From positions 372,001 through 436,000 of the forward strand of contig BROI01000017.1 of assembly GCA_027923505.1 (NCBI GenBank): a stretch of DNA of 64,000 nt, written 5' to 3'. Shown in pieces: positions 56,333 to 64,000 of this stretch (within the stretch, counting starts at the first letter, position 1; each line of letters starts with the position of its first letter). Below the pieces are notes generated by a model. The model ran no database searches and was not told where the DNA came from. It worked only from the letters and a program-made list of their open reading frames with translations. The stretch comes from Mayamaea pseudoterrestris (taxonomy: Eukaryota). Position numbers and translations under genes: made by a program.

Positions 56333-57284
56333 AATCTCGCGACAACCAAAGTCTTGGATCTTGGTCGAAAGTGAGTTTGTTTCGGAGGACTTTCATCGCT
56401 TTCCATGAGCTCCTCATCCGTAAGCCATTTTTTGTCGAAGACTCCGGTGGGTCATGCTCGTTGCGAGGTTGGAACGACCGAAATTGACATCGCAACGGAA
56501 TAGTTGTGACTATTTTGTCCTCATACTCGGCTATAGTGTACACATTTTTTGGCATTCAGTCCAGCTGACTGGCGCGCCCACTCGCCGATTGAATTTTCGG
56601 AACGACCGCAAGCGACACCACGTTTGACAAGTTTGAGATACTATTATAGACCTCTCCAACTGCCAGCTGCAATTACACAAGCTAGTAACTGTCAGGAGAT
56701 GAAAGAGAGTGCACTATCGTGACATCCTCTGCGAAACTGCCGTGGCAAAACTGACGTTGAAGCACCGCGCAAGGTAGTGCCACTGCAAGTTGGGCGTGCC
56801 GCTATAACGAAGGGTCAAATTCATGTTTACCTCGTTATTTATTGCTCGTGGGGGAGCAGAATCGTTGGTTCCGCTACCTTAGATTCGCTGAAGCTTGGAT
56901 AGCTTTAGATCATGATTCGACAGCAGACGCACGATTCGTTTGTATTATTGCCCTACTACTGCCCTCTGACATTTCAGTCATTCGACGCAAAACTCCGGCC
57001 ATGCGCAAGGAACAATTGAACCACGACAAGGGCAGAGCCTCGCATCCCCCATTACTTCCACTCTTACATCTTGATACTACAGCATTATCGACTCCCTTTA
57101 AGAGAAAGGTGAGGCTAGAGCAAGAATTGCTGCTTACCGAATTGTTGCTCCTCCCGATTGTGACGAACGTCTCGAGTCTCGAAGCTCAGAAATTGCTCTA
57201 CATTCCCCAGCAGATCTTTTCTAGAAATCGATCAACAAGAACGTCATCTCGAACCAACTAAGTACTTGGTAGAAAGGTATAATC

Positions 57285-59230
57285 ATGTCATCGGAACAAG
57301 CACGCAACGCTGGGTCGGCACTCTTTCGTCAATGCTATGAAACAGCCGCAACTTCATCCAGCAACATTAGCTCCACCTCTATCGACGATGTCATGCTTTG
57401 CGTCGTTAATGGCTTGGAGGCGCAGCAGGCGGAATATGTCAAGGATACACACCAATGGATGTTTGTCATTTGTGGAGCGCTCGTCTTGCTCATGCAGGTA
57501 CGTAAGGTGTACGGAGAGTAAAGAAGCCTTGCGCCTATTGGTTGCAAAACAAACAGCTTTGACTCACTCATTCTTTCAACTCTTTTACTCACAATAGGCT
57601 GGATTTGCAATGCTTTGCGCCGGTTGTGTAAGGCGCAAGAACGTTTCCAATACTCTCCTCAAGAATTTGTTGGATGCGTGCGCCGCTGGCGTCTCCTTCT
57701 TTTCGATTGGCTTTGCCTTTGCGTTTGGAGGTGACGATCCGGAGAATGGATTCACATTTGTTGGCACGCAAAACTTTTTCATGATGGGTGACATTGACTA
57801 CGGATTCTGGTTCTACGAGTTTGCCTTCTCCGCCGCCTGTGTCACAATCATTGCCGGCACCTTGGCCGAGCGCTCGCGCATGAGCGCATACGTTGCATAC
57901 AGTCTCTTCATGACTGCCTTTGTTTATCCAATTGTGGCGCACAGTATTTGGAGTGCGAATGGCTTTCTTTCGGCATTTGCTGGAAATCCATTGTTGGGCA
58001 TTGGCTGCATTGACTTTGCGGGCAGTGGCTGCGTGCACTTGACAGGAGGGACGACTGCAATGATTGCAACACTAATCCTAGGTGCCAGGCGTGGCCGCTT
58101 TACCAACAGCAAGGGAGAGCCGCTGGATCGACCGCGCGACATTGCCGGGCACTCTATTTCCTTGCAAACGCTTGGCACCCTCCTTCTCTGGTTCTCATGG
58201 TGTGTACTGTTGATGTTTGACCCTGTCATCTCTCGTGCAACAATCATATCTCACAAAAGTATTCGAATAACAGGTATGGATTCAATAGTGGCTCAGCGTT
58301 GCTCCTCAACATTCCAAACAAGGGTGAAGTGGCGACCATCGTGGCTGTCAACACGTCCTTGGCAGCGGCCGCTGGTTCCGTGTCGTCTCTGCTCACAAAC
58401 TACTACATTGGAGTTACTTTCTATGGCGAAACTCGCATCGACGTTGCCAAAACACTCAATGGATGCCTTGCTGGATTGGTGGCGGTGACGAGTGCGTGCG
58501 GTACGATTGAGCCTTGGTGTGCACTCATGATTGGCATGATTGCCGGGTGGATCTACTTGGGGGCGTCGGAGCTTCTTGTTCGCCTTCGTATTGACGACGC
58601 TGTGGATGGTATACCTATACACATGTTTTGTGGAGCTTGGGGACTCATTGCCACTGGGCTATTCTCCTCCCCGAACAAGTTGGAGCTCGCGTTTGGTACT
58701 GATTTGCATCCAGGACTCTTCTATTCGATCGGCGCGTTGGAATTTAGTGCCAACTTGTTGGCATGCCAGGTCGCTGGGATGTTTTTCATCGTTGGATGGA
58801 CGACTGCGCTTATGCTACCGGTACGTCTCATCAGTAACTGTGGCTACTTGAGGTTGCTGGGACAATGTGAGCTCACGTTTAATCATGTCGACAGTTTTTC
58901 TTGCTGTTGAACCATTTCGACTGGCTCAGAGTTGCCACTATGGAGGAGCTTGCAGGTCTTGACGCCGCATATGCGCATGCCACTCAGGAAGATCACGAAG
59001 AGCTGAAAGAAAAAATGTAAGTCACGACGAGGGGCGACCCTTATGCGATAACAATGGCACTTCGCTCACGATTTGGCACTTTGTCTAGTTTGAAAGAATT
59101 TAGAACGCACATCGACGAGAGAACTGCCATGGAGAGGAATTCTATCGTCAGCGGCACCAAAAGCCATGCAAGTCGCGGCTATATGCGATCAGAATCGGTT
59201 GCCAGATCCGTCGCGTCGGAAGAGGAGTAG
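57285..59230 (+). CDS. AMT: Ammonium transporter (AMT1 type), multi-exon
   Basis: MQ/AGFAMLCAGCVRRKNV, AGTLAERS, YPIVAHSIWS, DFAGSGCVHLTGG, LNGCLAGLVAVT, IDDAVDGIPIH. Confidence 0.95.
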
Positions 59231-59411
59231 TAGACGTCTCGTGCTGGTGCGGGGTAGACTATCGTGGGTCAATTTTTGGGCAGGTTTTGTAACGTTTTGA
59301 AGATTTTGTATTTACAGCTGTAACCTAATGTAGGATATTACTGTAAATCACTTTAAATTTTGTATAACGTATATATCCCCACAACCCATTAGGAGGTAAT
59401 TTGCATGGAAG

Positions 59412-62024
59412 CTATGCCCAATACACATGGGTCAAAGAGTAAGTGAGCAGTCTATCGCATCCGGTGAGTCGTATAGCCAACTCGACATCTCTTGGCTCCC
59501 CATGAGTCATATTTTTGTTGTCGACAAGCTGGAAAACGTCGACGACTCTCTGGACTGACACTTTATTGGCTTTGAACGTTTCTGCATCCCAAGTGGTGAT
59601 CTCTCCGTCAACAGCAAACTGGAATTTGTAATCTGGGCAAGGCTGCGGTACTTTAGCACCGCCAAGACTTCTTGCAGGACCATTTCGAACATCATCAGGG
59701 CGCTGCATCGTGCCGTACGAGCCCGATGCTTGCAGAAGTCGATCTCCATGGGTGCCTCCAGCTTCGCTATCGCAAACATTATTCTCGCATGTCCAATTTT
59801 CAGTTGCAGGCGACCCTCCGCTTCGCCAAAGTTCCATCTTAATGGCAATGAACCCCTCTTGCACATTGGCCAGATTCATGACCAGCCAGCCGCTGAGTCC
59901 GTCAAACGCCATCCCACCGCGACCATCGTTGTGGTGGTGGAGTAAACAACTCTCCTCCGCGCCTCGATTGCACCAAGAGTCATAGGTTCCATCACAATTG
60001 TCACTTGCAGCTGGCGTGTCAATCAAGGCCAATCCTCGACCCGGTGGCATGAAGTCCTTACTTTTAAACTCGATGGGAGATGCATTCGCCAGCATATCAA
60101 CATGTTTCTTTCGAGCCAGATTGACGGTAAATTCGTGCCCGTTCTCGATAACTTGCAGCGAGTTAACTTCACCAATCGGTGGGTCGGCGAACGAGTACTC
60201 CACGTCGGGTGGATCATATACATTGGGTCTCGTCTTTGGAACGCTGTCGCCCTTCATAATGCTGCGTATTGACGATTGATATCCCAAAGCGCGTGGAGTA
60301 AATTCAGTTCTAGAGTTGATTGGTCGAGTGCAGAAGAGCGGATGAATGTTCATTTCCTCGCATGTGGCAGTCGAGGTCACTTTTGAGCGAATCGCTTCAT
60401 AATGATTAGTAACATGCCAAGCCTCGTCGGGCAGAACGTATCCGTCAGCATTTTGCCATTGCGTTAAAGCCGCATGAGTCGCGCGCAGCAAGGTGAACGC
60501 TTGTGTTCGCCCGAGCAACTGGTGCCACCGCCAGCCAGGGTGCCAACTTGCTTGACCAGACACTTCACTATTCTGATGATTTGGCGAAAAGTCGTCTCGC
60601 TCAATCCAGCATTTCGTATTGTACTTGTTCGCGTTTGATAAGCATCCATCTTTTATTTCACCATCACAATGTAAGAAGCGAGCCGCCCAGGGTAGATTGT
60701 CGGCATCCACAATGCTCGTCATCTTTTCAATACCAGCCATGGCTTCGCCAACGATATTACCAAGATCGGCCCCAGTCTCCAATGCAAAGTTTCGAGCAAA
60801 GTCCCCAGCCACCGAGTTCCAAATAACTGGCACTCTGTTTCCACTGACCAAGCCAGCTCGCAAAAAATATTCCACGAATGGATTTTTCTCCGTCATTTCC
60901 GAGTCCCAATCCAAAATGTCAATCTCGGTACCATAAATATCCTTGGCTCCCATGGCATTGTGCGCCGTCCCAAGCCCGCCCATGCCAACGTTGTGCGCGC
61001 GGAAAAAGACTCCGAGTCGCGCAAAGACTGGTTCAATAATTTTCCCCATTTGCAGCGTGTACGACTGCCAAAAGTGGTTGCCATGTCCCGCCGCCGACGA
61101 ATGCCCGCCCATCAAGTACGTAAAAGAGTCTTGCGTCAAAATGGCGTGCAGAATGCGCCGCTGCAGACCACTCCAACCGTTGGAAAACATCCATCCGGCA
61201 CTGTCGGTTATATCGTGTTTGAGTTGGCTCATGTATTCCTGGTTGGCTATATCGACAATGTTGACGTGAAACATTTTGGAGCGCTCCTCAAAGTCAAGGT
61301 TAGGTTGATCAAACTTGCTGTGTCCGTATTCTCCGAGAATGGCTTCCATGGAGCGCTCCACCAGTTTGATAGATTCGTCGAGAAAGTTGGACAAGAATTC
61401 CGTGTCGAGCTGCCAGGCGTTTGACGGAAAGGCGGATCGAGGGACATCGCGGTTTGGATAATTGGCGTAGTAATCATCCGTCGGACGCTTCTTGGCTTTG
61501 GCGTCTACAAACTTCCACTCTCCCCATTTTGTCGCCAATTCCTTCCGTTCTTCCTTTGACAAGTGCGTTCTAAACAAATACTTTGGTGACAATCGATTTG
61601 GAGATTGCTTGTATCCTGGCTCATTGAAACCTCCAGTGCCAGGTCGAGCACCATTGGTGTGATGCTTGTTGCGGAGTCTCCAGCCTGAACCGCCGCCATC
61701 GTCGCGCCATTCTTTTGCAGACGGTGGAGCGACATAATTGTTTGAGCCGTCGTTGTTCTTGGCAGCGAAAATCAAGCAGACAAAGACGAGAACAAATCCA
61801 AGACTGCTGAAGAGCATGTTGCGTCTGACAAAATCTGACACTTGGTCTTGAATCGTCGTCATGTGAGTGATTTCTGCAAAGTCTTCGTCCATTTCCGCGT
61901 CTGCATCTACGAGCGGCGAAACCAGCTTGTCGTCGTCTCGTTCATTGTCTTGTTGTTGGTGGTGATCGCTGTATGCTTCATCCAAGTCCTCGTCGTCTCG
62001 GTAGGAAGAGTTGATTGTTGACAT
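59412..62024 (-). CDS. Large type II membrane protein, SGNH-hydrolase-like
   Basis: Intronless 870-aa ORF; N-terminal TM; MGGHSSAAGHGN, NVGMGGLG and WHPG motifs. Confidence 0.6.
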   Translation of the reverse strand: MSTINSSYRDDEDLDEAYSDHHQQQDNERDDDKLVSPLVDADAEMDEDFAEITHMTTIQDQVSDFVRRNMLFSSLGFVLVFVCLIFAAKNNDGSNNYVAPPSAKEWRDDGGGSGWRLRNKHHTNGARPGTGGFNEPGYKQSPNRLSPKYLFRTHLSKEERKELATKWGEWKFVDAKAKKRPTDDYYANYPNRDVPRSAFPSNAWQLDTEFLSNFLDESIKLVERSMEAILGEYGHSKFDQPNLDFEERSKMFHVNIVDIANQEYMSQLKHDITDSAGWMFSNGWSGLQRRILHAILTQDSFTYLMGGHSSAAGHGNHFWQSYTLQMGKIIEPVFARLGVFFRAHNVGMGGLGTAHNAMGAKDIYGTEIDILDWDSEMTEKNPFVEYFLRAGLVSGNRVPVIWNSVAGDFARNFALETGADLGNIVGEAMAGIEKMTSIVDADNLPWAARFLHCDGEIKDGCLSNANKYNTKCWIERDDFSPNHQNSEVSGQASWHPGWRWHQLLGRTQAFTLLRATHAALTQWQNADGYVLPDEAWHVTNHYEAIRSKVTSTATCEEMNIHPLFCTRPINSRTEFTPRALGYQSSIRSIMKGDSVPKTRPNVYDPPDVEYSFADPPIGEVNSLQVIENGHEFTVNLARKKHVDMLANASPIEFKSKDFMPPGRGLALIDTPAASDNCDGTYDSWCNRGAEESCLLHHHNDGRGGMAFDGLSGWLVMNLANVQEGFIAIKMELWRSGGSPATENWTCENNVCDSEAGGTHGDRLLQASGSYGTMQRPDDVRNGPARSLGGAKVPQPCPDYKFQFAVDGEITTWDAETFKANKVSVQRVVDVFQLVDNKNMTHGEPRDVELAIRLTGCDRLLTYSLTHVYWA

Positions 62025-63028
62025 GACGACGCTAGTTTCTGTTGTAAAGGAACTCTAATTGAAGAGTAACTTGGCTTTGGCTTGTATACTATGATCCTTG
62101 CAGCTTTTGTGGAATGAACGTCGAAGTGTGATGCTTGCCTTGCTGCGAATGCAATCCTTCCAAGGTCATTTTCCGGTCACGCTCAGCGCGCCATTCTTAA
62201 GTAGAAGCGAGACGGTCATTAATCGTGTTTTATAAATGACTGACTTTGAAAATGCTCAGACTTACAGTTAGCTATCGTTTGTGCGCTGCATTCGCTTGCT
62301 TGTCCTCCTTTCTGTAACAAACTCACGTATATAAAAGCGCAAAGACAAACTCGGGGGTTGAACTTGCGTGGAAAGTGTACACTATCGGTAGTTATTTCTA
62401 ATAGGCTTGCAACTGCAAATTGCTGGCTGCAATGGTCGCCTGAATTTAAAGACTACCATATTTTTTATGTTCCTACTTCTTATACATCCTCCAGACTTGC
62501 GTTTGCAACAACAGGCAAAAATTGGCTGAGCGAAGGGCCTCCTGCAGGTACTTCAAGCCAGACTGGCTTGCCTAGCAACTTTGATAGCAAAAGCAGTGAT
62601 ATAGCTGCAGCTATATTCGTTTAAACATAAGCCACAACCCACATATTGCATGACCAATGCTGAAACATTTCGCCGTATCGGTTGGGTAGCTAAAGGTGTG
62701 ACAGTCGACTACGGTAGCCTCCCAGCTCCAGCAACCTCCAATGGACGAAGCCAATGCAGCCACTGGCAATGCAATGATGCGCGCCAAGGTATTCGACGCC
62801 AGCCGATCCATGAAATTCAAATACATAGACAACGGCAATGTCAGTTTGCGTCTTGACGTTTCGTATTTAGACAGCGTGACGAACCATCCAAGCGTGACAG
62901 TCACGTTACCTCCAATGTCGGTTCGTCCTGATTTTCGCTGGGAACGATTTGCATTGTCACACTTTCTCTCCTGCATTGTGTTTTTTTGCCTCCACCAACC
63001 TTGGATCATCCATTCATCCATTACAGAC

Positions 63029-63724
63029 ATGACCATGACCAACACTTCTCCAGAAGCAGAAGACGACCGCATTCAACGCAAGCGCCATGCCGCCAAGCTC
63101 CGTCAACGTCGCTGCCGCGAAAAGAAGCGACTCATGGCCACCAACAAAGCAACGCCCATGGTTGCGACGGCCGTGTCGCGCCGCAAGAGTCTTCGCACGG
63201 TGGAAGCAGTGTCGTCGTCGTCATCGCCAACGACTGCAACCATGGATCCCTACGATCATCATCATCACCACCAAGCCATGTATCAGCAGCAGCAGTTTCA
63301 TGAGCACGAATGGAATCTTCATCACCACCAGCAGCCTCACTACATTCACCCCAACTACACCATGACATTTTTGCCGCATCCCCGCCGCTTGGAGATTCCC
63401 GACGCTGCGCGTTGGTCGTCTCCAATGCTCGTTAGCGACAACGATGACAGCGTCATTGAAGCAAGCATTGGATGCAGTCGCCGATCGTCACTGTCATCGT
63501 CCAATGACACTGAATCATCGAATACACCAACCTCAGTCTTGGATACGCATGAGGAAGCTGCCATTCGCGCCATGCTGTCGCTGTCGTCAAGCAGTAGTAT
63601 TCACTCGGATGCAGACTCGGCTGCCAGTGACGAAAGTGTGCAAGGTGGTGGTAGCGATGCAACCGAGTGGACAACAACGAATTTGCCATGCGACTCTCCA
63701 GTCCATGAAACGCTGGCACTATAA
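63029..63724 (+). CDS. Protein with a bZIP-like basic region and low-complexity tail (putative transcription factor)
   Basis: RIQRKRHAAKLRQRRCREKKR; His/Gln/Ser tracts; AAIRAMLSLS; no clear leucine zipper. Confidence 0.55.
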   Translation: MTMTNTSPEAEDDRIQRKRHAAKLRQRRCREKKRLMATNKATPMVATAVSRRKSLRTVEAVSSSSSPTTATMDPYDHHHHHQAMYQQQQFHEHEWNLHHHQQPHYIHPNYTMTFLPHPRRLEIPDAARWSSPMLVSDNDDSVIEASIGCSRRSSLSSSNDTESSNTPTSVLDTHEEAAIRAMLSLSSSSSIHSDADSAASDESVQGGGSDATEWTTTNLPCDSPVHETLAL

Positions 63725-64000
63725 GAATCAATGGAGTTCAATTCCTTCTTCGTGTGAAAAAAGGCTCTATAATTAAAGTGTACTCGTTGCTGGTTTCAGA
63801 TGCATGTCACCTGTGCTACCGCAACAGCGCAAGTTTGGCGTACCAAATGAGTCTACTCTTGTCCTTGCCTGCAAATGTGATTAACTAAACAGGTTTTTTA
63901 CTGTCCTCTATGTGTCTTTTGGCTATGGTATGGAACTGTATCGTAGTGCAGCTGGAGGCTGGCGTCAACAGCGATACGAGGCAGACTGAGGCTACCGGTA

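Overview
Eukaryotic, gene-dense window, very probably from a diatom (short GT-AG introns, a chlorophyll synthase with a bipartite plastid-targeting presequence, diatom-type DUR3/AMT genes). It holds about 23 host genes or gene fragments and two structurally complete retrotransposons. (1) 27817-35385 (+): a tyrosine-recombinase retrotransposon with split direct repeats A1-[gag]-[RT/RNaseH]-[YR]-B1-A2-B2 (Ngaro/PAT-type). (2) 46626-52081 (-): a Ty3/gypsy element with three LTRs and no target-site duplication. The main observation is that in both elements gag and pol are in the same frame, separated by a single TGA. In the YR element a 12-bp stem-loop starts 6 nt after the stop, suggesting programmed stop-codon readthrough. 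Other points: a hairpin micro-inversion between the A repeats, mismatched YR flanks (truncated LTO1-like gene on the left, an ATG 3 nt from the right end), TEN1-like and CENP-H-like candidates, a non-catalytic zf-PARP/PADR1/HhH protein, a GH5 pseudo-enzyme, a four-domain sulfotransferase-like protein, and an eroded junction near 26.7 kb that may be an assembly artefact. All calls come from motif recognition by eye; no searches were run.
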